From Methanomassiliicoccaceae archaeon (GTDB lineage Archaea > Thermoplasmatota > Thermoplasmata > Methanomassiliicoccales > Methanomassiliicoccaceae), in the NCBI GenBank assembly GCA_040776945.1, contig JAXGZN010000002.1, positions 416,001-480,000 on the forward strand: a stretch of DNA of 64,000 nucleotides, in the 5' to 3' direction. Made by a program: the position numbers and the translations under genes. Below, one piece after another: positions 1 through 10,049 of the stretch. Numbering within the stretch: position 1 is the first letter of the stretch; each line of letters opens with the position of its first letter. Under the pieces are notes generated by a model. That model searched no databases and was not told where the DNA came from. It saw only the letters and a program-made list of their open reading frames with translations.

Positions 1-32
1 GCAAGGCCGCGGTTCCTTCCTGAGCGTCCGAA

Positions 33-1190
33 CTAGGCGCGCTCGATCATCCGATCGTAGGCCGAAGCGAGATCGGAGGCAAGCCGGTCCCACGAGTACC
101 GCAGAGCGTGGGCGGCGATCTCGGCAGCATCCCACTCACGCTCCAGCGCCTCATCGATCGCCGCGGCGAGCGCCTCGGCGTCGCCCGGAGGGCAGAGCAG
201 GCCCAAGCGGTCAGAGCAAATAACGTCCGGCACCCCGCCGACCTCCGTTCCGACGAACGGGCGGCCGCATCCCAGGCACTCGAACATCACCGTTGGGTTG
301 CCCTCTCCAAGGCTTGGAAGGACGAACACGTCGGCGGCGCTCATCCACCGCGCGATGCCGGAGGAAGGGAACGGCTCGGTGACCAGCCTAACCACCTTCT
401 CCAGCCCCAGCTGTCCTATCCGGTCCTGAAGCTGGCGCCGCAGCGAGCCGTCCCCCAGTATATAGAGCAAAATATCCTCGTGATGGCTGGCCACCTTGAC
501 CATGGCCTCCATGAGATGTGCGTGGCCTTTTACCGGCTCGAGGTACCCTACGGTTACCAGGACCTTACTTCCCCTGGGCATGCCAAGCTCTTCCCTGGCA
601 TCTCCCTTGTCCATGGGACGGAAGACCTTCGAGTCGAACCCGTTGGGGAGAGAGATGACCTCTGGACCCTCCCCCGCGATGCGGGTTATGGGGCCGATCC
701 ATGAGGGCGAGGTGACGATGACCGTCCCCGACCGTCCTAGGGCCATACGGACCATGGACCGTACAAGGGGTGACGCTCTGTCGTAGAACTCAACGAACAT
801 GCCGCCGTGGATGTGGAGCGCGACCTTGGAGCCGAGCCCATGCCGGGCCCACAGAACGTAAGGGATGTTCCGCAGGAAGCTGTAATAGGAAGAGGTATGG
901 ACGTGCGTGATGTCCGCTCGGTCCCCCCTCGACCGAAGAACGAACCTGAGCGCCGCCGTTAGGTCCCTGATCGGCTGAACCACCGCGTTGGATGCGCCGA
1001 ACCCTCCGGTGCGGTGGACGGTCACCTCGAAGCCCTCGCTTGGGAGCCGCTCCATCATGTTGCGCACGAAGTTGGCGACCCCTCCGTTGGGTGGGGGAAG
1101 AGGCCCTATCATCACAACCCTGCCGCCCCTGTGCCGCTCAACATCGGCGGCCATTACCAAATCCCTCCCGTCCGCATAATCGACGCTCAC
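33..1190 (-). CDS. Glycosyltransferase family 4 (GT-B)
   Basis: N-terminal PPPNGG motif, VGYLEPVKG, and C-terminal FVLPSLGEGNPTVMFEC (E-x7-E) signature. Confidence 0.92.
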   Translation of the reverse strand: MSVDYADGRDLVMAADVERHRGGRVVMIGPLPPPNGGVANFVRNMMERLPSEGFEVTVHRTGGFGASNAVVQPIRDLTAALRFVLRSRGDRADITHVHTSSYYSFLRNIPYVLWARHGLGSKVALHIHGGMFVEFYDRASPLVRSMVRMALGRSGTVIVTSPSWIGPITRIAGEGPEVISLPNGFDSKVFRPMDKGDAREELGMPRGSKVLVTVGYLEPVKGHAHLMEAMVKVASHHEDILLYILGDGSLRRQLQDRIGQLGLEKVVRLVTEPFPSSGIARWMSAADVFVLPSLGEGNPTVMFECLGCGRPFVGTEVGGVPDVICSDRLGLLCPPGDAEALAAAIDEALEREWDAAEIAAHALRYSWDRLASDLASAYDRMIERA

Positions 1191-1229
1191 CGCTCGGAGG
1201 GCGTGTCCCTTCGGACCTTCCTCCGACGG

Positions 1230-2993
1230 TCATCCAGGCGACCTCGCGTAGACCTTGAAGTCGCCACCGATGTACACGTGATCGACCGTGGTCCCGTAGT
1301 TCAACAGGACGAAGTCCTGTGGACCGAACTTCCCGGTCTGCGCCCAGGTCCGGGAGTACGCCTGCTCCTCGTATTCCGTGATCACCAAATAGACGCTGCT
1401 CAGCCCGCTGGTGTTGGACCTCAGGAAGGAACCGAAGTGGGCGGAGGTCTCCCGGTCGTTGGTGTAGATGTCGTAGTCCGTCCGCTTGTACGCCGAACCG
1501 TATATCAGATCGGCGTACCTCCACGGGTTCGTCCGGACCGTGTAGAGAGTATAGTCAATTGCGTCCTTGTCGGTGACCAACCAGTTCGATCCGGTCACTT
1601 CCGAACGGCTGATCGAGCCGTTGGGGAAAACAGTGTTGGGATCCTGATATGCCGTGAACACGGTGGACACCAGGGCAAAGACGATCACCACGGACACCAC
1701 GCGGGCGAGGGCCGTCCTCCCGGTGGTCCTGAGGACGTACAGCGCGTAACCCACCAGGGGTACGGTGAATATGACTATGAAGTTCAGATTGATCAGGCGG
1801 AACGGGTTGTGGGCATAGGTCATGAAGACGATGGCCATGAGGTACGCTCCGCCCACCAGGAACAGCCCCACCACCAGGGTCATGGGGTGCGTCCTCCAAC
1901 CCCGCCTGAATATCATGACGGCCGCCACCATCCCCATCAGGACGAACGCCAGGTCATCGGCCACGCACATGAGGACCGATCGTATGGTGGACAGGATGCC
2001 CATCCTGGACGCTTGGGACGACGCGCTGCCGAAGGTGGTGAAACCATCAGCAAAGCCGAGGAGCTGCTCCACGATGTTGCGCAGGTCCTTGACGAGCAGC
2101 GCGTGGAAGACTATCCAGCCGAAAAGGAGCACGAAGCCGTAGGCGATCATGTATGGGGAGATCGACCTGATCCTCCTCTTGGTGACGAGATCGTTGATCA
2201 GGACGACCCCCAGGAACAGCAGGACGGTCATCGCCACCAGGGGGTGGCCGATCACGAAGAATACGATGAACAGGGCCACCAGGCCCTTGTACCTGGCATC
2301 GCCGTCCATGCTCTTCCAGAGGATGAAGAAGAAGAGGGGAAGCATGAGGACGCACAGAGTCTCGTTGAACAGAGTGGGGATGAACCAAGCGAAGAAGATG
2401 GGCATGGAGGCCAGCATCGTGGAGGTTACGAACATCGGCCGCGATATGATCGTCCGGGCCCAGCACAGGATGCCGACGGTGTAGGCGGAGAAGAAAAGGG
2501 CCGGAAGGAACTGTGACATGGCGATCATGCCCTGCCCTGCCGCCTCGCCGGCCATGGACATGATGATGGAGGCGAACGGGTAGAAATTGAAGGACGGGAA
2601 ATGGCCCAAGTTGACGATGTCCTTGGCGTATCCCACGTAGGACAGGGAGTCCGTCCTCTCCAGATAGATGAAGCCCTTGTACACGTACAGGGTCATGAGC
2701 ACGAAGTTGGAGAGTATTATCTGGAACAGGCCTACGGACCAGAGGCGGGACCTCGTACCATAATAGGTGTAGAAGAGCAGGATGCCAGTGAGTTGGCAGA
2801 AGACGATGGAGAGCCAGAAGATCAAGGGCGTGCTGTTGTAGATCGAATACTCGTATCCCTTCATGGGATCAGAGTAGACGGCCAGTACAGCGATGGTCAG
2901 GGCCAGGAACCCCAGCGAGGAGATGAGGACGACGTACCGTTGCAGCCTGCGGTTCTCTGATATCTCCCTCATGGTCTCGAAGGTACCGGCCAT
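1230..2993 (-). CDS. Polytopic membrane protein of archaeal glycosylation loci (GT-C/polymerase-like)
   Basis: 587 aa with roughly 12 hydrophobic segments, an Asp-containing loop (ERTDSLSY...FYP) and a C-terminal soluble domain. It lies between a GT4 and a Wzm-like permease. Confidence 0.65.
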   Translation of the reverse strand: MAGTFETMREISENRRLQRYVVLISSLGFLALTIAVLAVYSDPMKGYEYSIYNSTPLIFWLSIVFCQLTGILLFYTYYGTRSRLWSVGLFQIILSNFVLMTLYVYKGFIYLERTDSLSYVGYAKDIVNLGHFPSFNFYPFASIIMSMAGEAAGQGMIAMSQFLPALFFSAYTVGILCWARTIISRPMFVTSTMLASMPIFFAWFIPTLFNETLCVLMLPLFFFILWKSMDGDARYKGLVALFIVFFVIGHPLVAMTVLLFLGVVLINDLVTKRRIRSISPYMIAYGFVLLFGWIVFHALLVKDLRNIVEQLLGFADGFTTFGSASSQASRMGILSTIRSVLMCVADDLAFVLMGMVAAVMIFRRGWRTHPMTLVVGLFLVGGAYLMAIVFMTYAHNPFRLINLNFIVIFTVPLVGYALYVLRTTGRTALARVVSVVIVFALVSTVFTAYQDPNTVFPNGSISRSEVTGSNWLVTDKDAIDYTLYTVRTNPWRYADLIYGSAYKRTDYDIYTNDRETSAHFGSFLRSNTSGLSSVYLVITEYEEQAYSRTWAQTGKFGPQDFVLLNYGTTVDHVYIGGDFKVYARSPG

Positions 2994-3097
2994 CGCTCTC
3001 CGGCCCCAAGATAGGATAGGACCTATTTATGTCAGTCATGATAATATTATCAGGCCGGTAATGAACCGTAAGAACTTAGCGGCGCGGTCCTCCGACA

Positions 3098-3925
3098 TCA
3101 TATCACATCGGCGAGCCGGCGCTCGTATGCCTTGAAGTAGAGCAGGCCTAGGAAGAACACGACCATCGTCAGGGGTATGGACACCAGGAACATCCCGATG
3201 TCCAGGACGGAGTCGAATATGAACGCGCGCTGGGCCGACATTATCCCCGCCAGAGGGTTCAGCGGCAGGATCCATCGAAGGCTCTCGTTCTGCACCCAGG
3301 ACGAAGGATAGAGGACCGGGGTTGCGTAGAGCAGTATGGTGATGAAGAACGGGACGATGTACTGGACATCGCGGTACTTGGCAGCCATGGCCGACATGAG
3401 GAACGACAGGCCGCACGATAACAGGAACGTAAGCACCAGGGGTATGATCGTCAGGGGCAGGAGGACGGACAGTGACTCACCGGTTAACAGCACGATGCCG
3501 AAGAACAGGCCCCATGCTATGGCATAGTCCAGGAGGGCGGCGATGACCAAGCTCAGAGGCAGCAGAATGCGGGGAAAGTACACCTTGGTCACCATGGCGA
3601 CGTTGGTGATCAGGCTCATCGACGCTCCGTTAAGGCCTGTGGAAAAGAAGGTCCACAGCATGAGACCAGCGTAGAGGAACGGGATCGGCTTCACGCCGCC
3701 GGTGCTCAGTCCGGCGACCTCGTAGAAGATGACCGCGAAGATGATGGTGGTCAGCATCGGCTGCAGGACGGCCCACCCGACCCCGATAGCGGTCTGCTTG
3801 TACTTGGTCTGGATCTGCTTCAAGGTCAGGAAGTACAGCAGCTCGCGGTAGTCCCAGACCTCCTTTAGGCCAAGCTCCCACCGGGAGGCCTTGGGGCGGA
3901 TGATCTTTTCCTTGACGGCAGCCAT
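3098..3925 (-). CDS. ABC-2 polysaccharide export permease (Wzm/RfbA-like)
   Basis: ELLYFLTLKQIQTKYKQTAIGVGWAVLQP, KVYFPR, YRDVQY, LNPL motifs. Start moved to MAAVKEK at 3925, downstream of a TATATA box. Confidence 0.9.
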   Translation of the reverse strand: MAAVKEKIIRPKASRWELGLKEVWDYRELLYFLTLKQIQTKYKQTAIGVGWAVLQPMLTTIIFAVIFYEVAGLSTGGVKPIPFLYAGLMLWTFFSTGLNGASMSLITNVAMVTKVYFPRILLPLSLVIAALLDYAIAWGLFFGIVLLTGESLSVLLPLTIIPLVLTFLLSCGLSFLMSAMAAKYRDVQYIVPFFITILLYATPVLYPSSWVQNESLRWILPLNPLAGIMSAQRAFIFDSVLDIGMFLVSIPLTMVVFFLGLLYFKAYERRLADVI

Positions 3926-4032
3926 CGATGTCCCTGTTCGAGAACCCACAAATGCGAGGCATCTATATATCGTTGGGTTCCCCGGAAGGCTTAGAGCAAT
4001 CATAATTAGCTCGCTGCGCCTCTTTCACTGAC

Positions 4033-4449
4033 ATGCCCCTAGGAGACCCCATGGGCGGGGAGACCCCGGAGACCGATAGAGGTAAGCTGCTGAGTATCGC
4101 GCAGGTGTGGGTGCCGGTCAGCGACCTGCCCCGGGCCGTGGAGGTGTACATCAAGGTGTTCGGCCTGGTCCTGGTCGCCACGGACGTGGAGAACGGGTTC
4201 GTGAGGCTGGGGACGAAGGACGCAGGCCCGGAGTTGGTCCTGCATATGCCGAGAGCGGGGGGCGAGGAGCCGGGCATACGCACCGGAATAACATTCATGA
4301 CCGACTCCATCTACGACTTCCACAAGGTCATGGTCGATGAGGCGGTCGACTTCACGCTGAAGCCGATGCGGGACCCCTCCGGCCGCCTGGTGGCCAGGTT
4401 CACTGACGAGGACGGGAACGAGTTCGAGGTCATGGAGGCCGCCAAGTAG
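4033..4449 (+). CDS. VOC/glyoxalase family protein
   Basis: VWVPVSDLPRAVEVY..VFG and ARFTDEDGNEFEV motifs. Start could be 4051. Confidence 0.85.
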   Translation: MPLGDPMGGETPETDRGKLLSIAQVWVPVSDLPRAVEVYIKVFGLVLVATDVENGFVRLGTKDAGPELVLHMPRAGGEEPGIRTGITFMTDSIYDFHKVMVDEAVDFTLKPMRDPSGRLVARFTDEDGNEFEVMEAAK

Positions 4450-4456
4450 AGCGGGG

Positions 4457-7168
4457 CTAGGGCCTTGAGCGGTACCGTTGGGCGACAAGGAACACGATGG
4501 CCGCGGCCGCCCCAGTGATCCCCAGAACGGCGATCATAAGGACGGTGGTGGGATCGGAGAGCAATCCCCCTCCCGCCGCCGTCGTGCTTGACTTGCCCAA
4601 AGGCGTGAAGCTCTGGGCCACCTTGTCGAAGATCTGCGCGTAGGCCGGATACGCCTCCTCCGGCGACTCGCAGGTGAAGAGCCAGTACTGGTGTTTCCCT
4701 TCGTCCACTATGTAGAATATCTCCTGCACCAGAGACATGTCGCTGAGCAGGTCGGTCCATTTGATGGAGAACACCAGAGCAGTGTGGTTGGAGATGCTCA
4801 GTATCCTCGGCTCCTCATAAAGTGAGGCCTCGATGCCCTTGGCCTCCAGCTCAGGGAGGAACTTGCTCTGGACCAGGCCAATCAGCCAGGCGCGGTCATC
4901 CCGCACGGCAGGATCGGTGCCGTTCTGCAGCAGGATGGTCACATGGTACTCGCCGACCTTGGGCCCGGTGAGCTTCAAGGAGATCCTCACATCGCCGCTG
5001 GGGAAATCCCTCTTGATCGTCCAGTTGTCTGGTATGATGAGCTGGTAATCGTTCAGCATGCGGTAGTAGGCGTAACCCTGGGTGGGCGGGGGTGTGTCCA
5101 CGGGGATAGTTCCCTGAGCGATGATGGCCACACCGGTGATCATATGCTCGAAGATGGGCCACACATCGATGAAGCTGACATCGGACGCGGAGCACTTGAT
5201 GAGCCAGCGATATCCGTTGGTCTCGTCAACGATAAGCGCGTAGGCCTCCTGGACCCCTGTGTCCGGCAGCCTGATCTTCCATACGCCGGCGGTGAGGTTG
5301 GAGATCGCAGTATAGTTGATGTCCCCGACCATCTCCGCCCTGTTGCCGGCCTCTATCGCGCTGGTCAGGACGGTCTGGGCATAGGTGTTGATGTAGGCCT
5401 GGTTCGCCCTCACCGAGGCATCGTGAGAGATGTCCACGAACACATTGGTGCTGATCCCGTTATGCGATGGCCCAGTAATGACCAGCTCCCATGTGGCGAG
5501 GTCCCGTTGTTCCACCCAGGCGGCCGGGGAAGGGATGCTGAAGTTCTCCCCGTAGGCGATGGTCCGGTAGGATACCGGAGGAGGGGCGTCCTCTACGACC
5601 TCGAAGGTCCACGACCCGGTGACGGAGAACCCGTCCACGGAGGCGTTGGCAGAGATGGTGTTAGAGCCGATGAGGTCGAGACCTGAGGGCAGGGTGGCCA
5701 CATATCTGGAGGAGTTGGCCGTGTCCGCGACGGCGATAACAGTGAGGTTGTTGACCTTTACCGTGATGGAGGTCTGGAAGGGCGGAGGCGCCGGCATGCC
5801 GACCCCAAGGACGACGCGGCTCGGGCTGACATTGGTGCTGCTGTCGGCCAGCGGTTCGATGAGGCTAAGCGCGGGCCGCAGGGCGGATGGGGCGGAGGAG
5901 CCACTGGTGTACGACCAGGTCCTTTTCACCGGGACCCCGCCCCAGTCGACCGAAACGGACACCTCGTGCGACCCCGCCGCAAGCGCGGATGTGAGGTTGA
6001 CCTGATACTCTCCGGGACCGATCTCAGCGACCGGATATGAAACGCCGTCTACCGACGCAGCCACGGGCGCTAGCGCCGAGGCCGGTTCATGGGCGATGCT
6101 GAAACGAACGTATCCCGGGGAATAGACGTAGGCCGATCCTTCCGCAGGGGAGATGGCCTCGATGCTCGGACCGACGTCGACGATCTGGAGGGGCGGCGCG
6201 ATCGCCACCTTGCGATCGTCCAAGGTCGGAGCTATAGGTCCTTCCCCGGCTGCCACGTACACCGTGGATATGAGGTCGGATAGATCGAACGCGCATATGG
6301 CCCCCGACCGGCCCTGGGGATATGTGCCTCCGGAGCTCATCGCGTAGACGATTCCGCCGCTTCTGGAGACCGTCACTCCGGAGACCGTTCCGACCGGCAG
6401 GTGCAGAACGCCCTCGAGCCCCATCGATGCCAGGGAGATGATCTGGACGTCAGCGCTGCCGGTAAGCGCGGCATAGATGCGGTCGGACCTTGGCTCGAAC
6501 TGCACGAGCTTGCCCGCCGGGAATGTGTAGCGCCCTATCTCCTCCAGGGCGGCCGAAGGTTCCGTGAGCAGGTGATATTTGACTATGGAGGGACCGCCGG
6601 GTCCCTCGATGCTGCCCGCCAGGAGGAAGTTCCTGGCGTCGTCGGCCCTCAGGATGGAGGGCGGGACGTCATCGGCGACCGTTGCGGTCCTGCCGCTCGA
6701 ACCGTACGCGTCGATCACGCTGCCGCTCTCGTAGGTGACGTAGATATGCTCCCCTGGGCCGAAGCAAAGGCTAAGGATGTTCCCGCCTTCGGAGGGGATG
6801 ATGGAGGCGATCGCAGGCGCGCCGTCCAATTGGTCAATGAGGAACAGCGAAGCGCCGCAGGCCACCGCCAGGAGGTCCCCGTCCGCGCTGATGTCCATGG
6901 ATGACACCAGCGAACCGTTCGCCCCGGTCAAGGCCACGCTCGACCTCGCTCCGCTCGTTTGATCGTGGACGGTCACCTCTGCATTTCCGCCGAAGTAGAC
7001 ATAGGGCAGGGATGGATGGGAGATCAGCTCTTGGTTGCCGTTCACCGGCTCGTCGTTGTCAAGCCTCGCTTCCGCCGGCGCGGTGGCCATGATGATCGGG
7101 GACAGTGAACATACCAGCAGGATAATGGCGATCGCGACACCTAACGGCCTATGACCATCAAGCGACAT
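4457..7168 (-). CDS. Large secreted, C-terminally membrane-anchored surface protein (beta-propeller-like N-terminus, two Ig-like repeats, two PsbP-like repeats)
   Basis: Signal peptide, a beta-strand-rich region, two internal ~150-aa repeats, and a C-terminal TM helix followed by a basic tail (QRYRSRP). Confidence 0.7.
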   Translation of the reverse strand: MSLDGHRPLGVAIAIILLVCSLSPIIMATAPAEARLDNDEPVNGNQELISHPSLPYVYFGGNAEVTVHDQTSGARSSVALTGANGSLVSSMDISADGDLLAVACGASLFLIDQLDGAPAIASIIPSEGGNILSLCFGPGEHIYVTYESGSVIDAYGSSGRTATVADDVPPSILRADDARNFLLAGSIEGPGGPSIVKYHLLTEPSAALEEIGRYTFPAGKLVQFEPRSDRIYAALTGSADVQIISLASMGLEGVLHLPVGTVSGVTVSRSGGIVYAMSSGGTYPQGRSGAICAFDLSDLISTVYVAAGEGPIAPTLDDRKVAIAPPLQIVDVGPSIEAISPAEGSAYVYSPGYVRFSIAHEPASALAPVAASVDGVSYPVAEIGPGEYQVNLTSALAAGSHEVSVSVDWGGVPVKRTWSYTSGSSAPSALRPALSLIEPLADSSTNVSPSRVVLGVGMPAPPPFQTSITVKVNNLTVIAVADTANSSRYVATLPSGLDLIGSNTISANASVDGFSVTGSWTFEVVEDAPPPVSYRTIAYGENFSIPSPAAWVEQRDLATWELVITGPSHNGISTNVFVDISHDASVRANQAYINTYAQTVLTSAIEAGNRAEMVGDINYTAISNLTAGVWKIRLPDTGVQEAYALIVDETNGYRWLIKCSASDVSFIDVWPIFEHMITGVAIIAQGTIPVDTPPPTQGYAYYRMLNDYQLIIPDNWTIKRDFPSGDVRISLKLTGPKVGEYHVTILLQNGTDPAVRDDRAWLIGLVQSKFLPELEAKGIEASLYEEPRILSISNHTALVFSIKWTDLLSDMSLVQEIFYIVDEGKHQYWLFTCESPEEAYPAYAQIFDKVAQSFTPLGKSSTTAAGGGLLSDPTTVLMIAVLGITGAAAAIVFLVAQRYRSRP

Positions 7169-7370
7169 GGGAACTCCTCATCGACGGAGCCCCTTGAGGA
7201 TATATGTTATTTGCTAACGGGGGAACAAGGTGATTGATCATGAACAGACGCCGCTGGACCGATGGAATGGATGAAGTCGGGGTCGCCAGAACCGCCTAGC
7301 GATAGCGCGCTGATCGGCGGTCTCGGGCCCTGGAGCGGCCAAAAAATGCGCGAGCGATGCGGCTTTACAA

Positions 7371-7817
7371 TCACTTGGACGTCATGCTCTCGATCTCACC
7401 GCTGGCGACGATGTCGCCCGCCGCGATGCTGAAGCATACTTCCCTGGTCAGGTTCATGGTCTGACCGTTCTTCCAGACTATGCTTATCTCGATGATCCCG
7501 TTGGAGACGTCGACGGCGAACGTCCGCATCGAAGAACTGTACATCGAGGCCTTCCCCCTGGTCGATGTCCTTATCTTCCCGGTCTCGGCGAGGAGCCCGA
7601 TCCCGGCCATCTTCTCGACCAACTTGTAGCAGGTGGCAAGAGGGATGGTGGTTATGGTCGAGATCTCTCTCACGGTGAGGTCCCTCCTGGCGGTCGCGGC
7701 CATGATGATGAGCACCGAGTTGTCCACCAAGGACTCGGCCAGCTCATCCCGATGAGCGTTTGCTGTCCTTATCGCCTCAAGGATGCAAAGTTCTTCCTGG
7801 TCTGCAGAAATTCTCAT
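7371..7817 (-). CDS. Winged helix-turn-helix transcription regulator (archaeal ArsR-like)
   Basis: LTVREIS...IPLATCYKLVEKMAGIGLL...GKASMY. Paralogous to 47377-47745. Confidence 0.8.
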   Translation of the reverse strand: MRISADQEELCILEAIRTANAHRDELAESLVDNSVLIIMAATARRDLTVREISTITTIPLATCYKLVEKMAGIGLLAETGKIRTSTRGKASMYSSSMRTFAVDVSNGIIEISIVWKNGQTMNLTREVCFSIAAGDIVASGEIESMTSK

Positions 7818-7972
7818 TAAAGAGTGCCTCCATTCTGATAATTCCGGAAGTATAGAGACTTTATTAATCTTTTTACGGTCATAACCTATTTCTCCAAGAT
7901 ATTGGAATGAGGCCAGTCGGTTAAAATATATCGGCAGGAGAGCGAATGCCGCATGAAAATCGATGTTTTTAC

Positions 7973-8005
7973 AAAAAATAAGGGGTTTGGAGGCCAGGAG
8001 CCCCT
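7973..8005 (-). terminator. Terminator-like hairpin plus T-tract after sufB
   Basis: Minus strand AGGGG...AAACCCCT followed by TATTTTTT immediately after the stop codon. Confidence 0.5.
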
Positions 8006-9230
8006 ATCCCTTCGACAGCTCGCTTTGGGCTATCGTGCGGTCGATCTCCGCCTTGAGTTCATCGGGGATATTGCGGATCCCGACCTCGAGGAAGCCTCGG
8101 ACGATCATGCCGATCGCCTCGTCCTCGTTTAGGCCGCGGGACATGATGTACTCGACCTGGTCCCTAGCTATCTTTCCAAGCGATGCCTCGTGTGTCATCT
8201 CCACATCCGGCACCCTTGCCTCCAGCTCGGGGATGGCGACGTTCACCCCGTTGTGCCCTAGGATCAGCCCGCGGCATTCCAGATGGGCCTTGATGTCCGG
8301 CGCCTCTCCGACCAGCCGGCCGCGGTTGATGACCGTGCCTCCAGTGGTTATGGACCGGGAGATGATCTCCGCCTTGGTCTCCGGGGCGCTCAGGACCGCC
8401 CGGGACCCCAGGTCAAGCTCCGCGCCCGGCTGCGCCACGGCAACGGTGTTGAAATGTGCGATCGCCCCTCTGCCTACCAGTCTTGCGGTGGGATACGTCT
8501 GCACGCTGCGCACCTTTTTCAGAATGACGTAGTTGTTGACGTACGATCCCCCCTCCTCGATGACCACGCCGGTGCGCGGACGAACGCCGACCTGCTCAGC
8601 CCAGTTATGGATCATCGTGAAGGTGAGCTTTCCCCCCTTCTTGATGTAGAACTCCGAGATCCCCATATGGATCGCCTTCTCCACATGTGGGCTTGTGGTG
8701 CATCCCGTCACCACCTCGAGGGATGCGTTCTCCTCCACGATGATTATATTATGGATGGTCTGGGCCGTGTTCTCACTGCCTACCATCAGGCATGTCTGCA
8801 CCGGCAGCTTCACCTTTTGCCCCGGCAGGGCCCGGATATAATATCCCGTCGCGTTGGCCAAGTAAGTGTTGGCAGTGTACTTGTCCGCGTCAGGCTGCAC
8901 CGCCTGCCACGCGTACTCTTTCAGCCAATCATGTTTTCTCAGCGCGTCCTGGGTGCCCATAAGCTCGAAGCCCTTCCCCACTTGAGAGGCCGATATCACC
9001 GAGTTATCGAGCACGACGAGGCTGCCCTCCCTCCCCTCTTCCGTGGGAACGACGCCCGAGCGCAGCAGGGCGCTCTGCAGCTCATCCGGGAGCTTCGACA
9101 GGTCGGGCTCTCTAGGAATGTCCCCGGCGCCTTCCTTGAAGGAGGACAGGTCGATGTCCTCGCCGAAAGCCGCCTTCTTGCCAAGGGCGGTCTCCGCGCG
9201 CCTCTTCAGGTCATCCTTACTAGCCGACAT
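8004..9230 (-). CDS. sufB: Fe-S cluster assembly scaffold SufB/SufD family (SmsB)
   Basis: VTGCT, GISEFY, HNW, AHLECRGL, THEASLGKI, YIMSRGL motifs. Adjacent to sufC. Confidence 0.92.
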   Translation of the reverse strand: MSASKDDLKRRAETALGKKAAFGEDIDLSSFKEGAGDIPREPDLSKLPDELQSALLRSGVVPTEEGREGSLVVLDNSVISASQVGKGFELMGTQDALRKHDWLKEYAWQAVQPDADKYTANTYLANATGYYIRALPGQKVKLPVQTCLMVGSENTAQTIHNIIIVEENASLEVVTGCTTSPHVEKAIHMGISEFYIKKGGKLTFTMIHNWAEQVGVRPRTGVVIEEGGSYVNNYVILKKVRSVQTYPTARLVGRGAIAHFNTVAVAQPGAELDLGSRAVLSAPETKAEIISRSITTGGTVINRGRLVGEAPDIKAHLECRGLILGHNGVNVAIPELEARVPDVEMTHEASLGKIARDQVEYIMSRGLNEDEAIGMIVRGFLEVGIRNIPDELKAEIDRTIAQSELSKG

Positions 9231-9955
9231 TTGACACACTCCTCGTATCCCTTCGCGCGGATCTCTCTAAGCAGCTCCCTCGGGTTCCCGGCGCATGAGA
9301 TGGTGCCGTTGCACAGAACATACCCGCGGTCCGCTTCGATGTAATCTAATATCTGGCCAGTGTGAGTGATGACAAGGGCGCTCTTGCCCTCCCTCTCCCT
9401 CCTCCCGGCGCAGGTTATGCCTCCGGAGATGAGTTCGCGGATCATCTTGCCGACCCTCTCTATGCTCTCCAGGTCGACCCCTGATTCAGGTTCGTCGAGC
9501 AGGTACATGCAGGGGTTCTGGGCCGCCAGCTGCAGCAGCTCCGATCTTTTTATCTCCCCTCCAGAGAACCCCACGTTCACGTCCCGATCCAGGAACCTTT
9601 CCATTCCCAGTGTGCCGGCCAGGTTGGCGGGGTCCACCCTGCCGTGCCCGGTGACCTGCAGCATGGTCCTCAGCTGCACGCCCACAAGATTGGGCGGCCT
9701 CTGGGACATCATGCCTATGCCCAGCTTGGCCCGCTCATGGATAGGCATGTAGGTTATGTCCTGGCCGTCCATGATGATCTGGCCGCTCACGACCCTAAAG
9801 TTGCCCAATCCCATGATGGTGGAGAGAAGGGTCGATTTCCCTGAGCCGTTGGGTCCGAACAGAACGCTGGTGGAACCCGACATGACCGAAAGGCTGATGT
9901 CCTTCAGCACTCTGCGGTTGCCTACTTCCACAGTGAGGTTCTTAATTTCTAACAT
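9206..9955 (-). CDS. sufC: Fe-S cluster assembly ATPase SufC (SmsC)
   Basis: GPNGSGKS, NVGFSGGEIKRSE, LLDEPESGVD motifs and C-terminal GYEECVKC. Start at MLEIKNL. Confidence 0.92.
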   Translation of the reverse strand: MLEIKNLTVEVGNRRVLKDISLSVMSGSTSVLFGPNGSGKSTLLSTIMGLGNFRVVSGQIIMDGQDITYMPIHERAKLGIGMMSQRPPNLVGVQLRTMLQVTGHGRVDPANLAGTLGMERFLDRDVNVGFSGGEIKRSELLQLAAQNPCMYLLDEPESGVDLESIERVGKMIRELISGGITCAGRREREGKSALVITHTGQILDYIEADRGYVLCNGTISCAGNPRELLREIRAKGYEECVKCRLVRMT

Positions 9956-10049
9956 GGTCCTCCCGTTACTTAGAACTGAATCGCTGATAATAATCCTTTC
10001 ATAGACCAAGGGCGACGGGACGAAGTTCCGGGGCCATTCGTCGTCCCTC

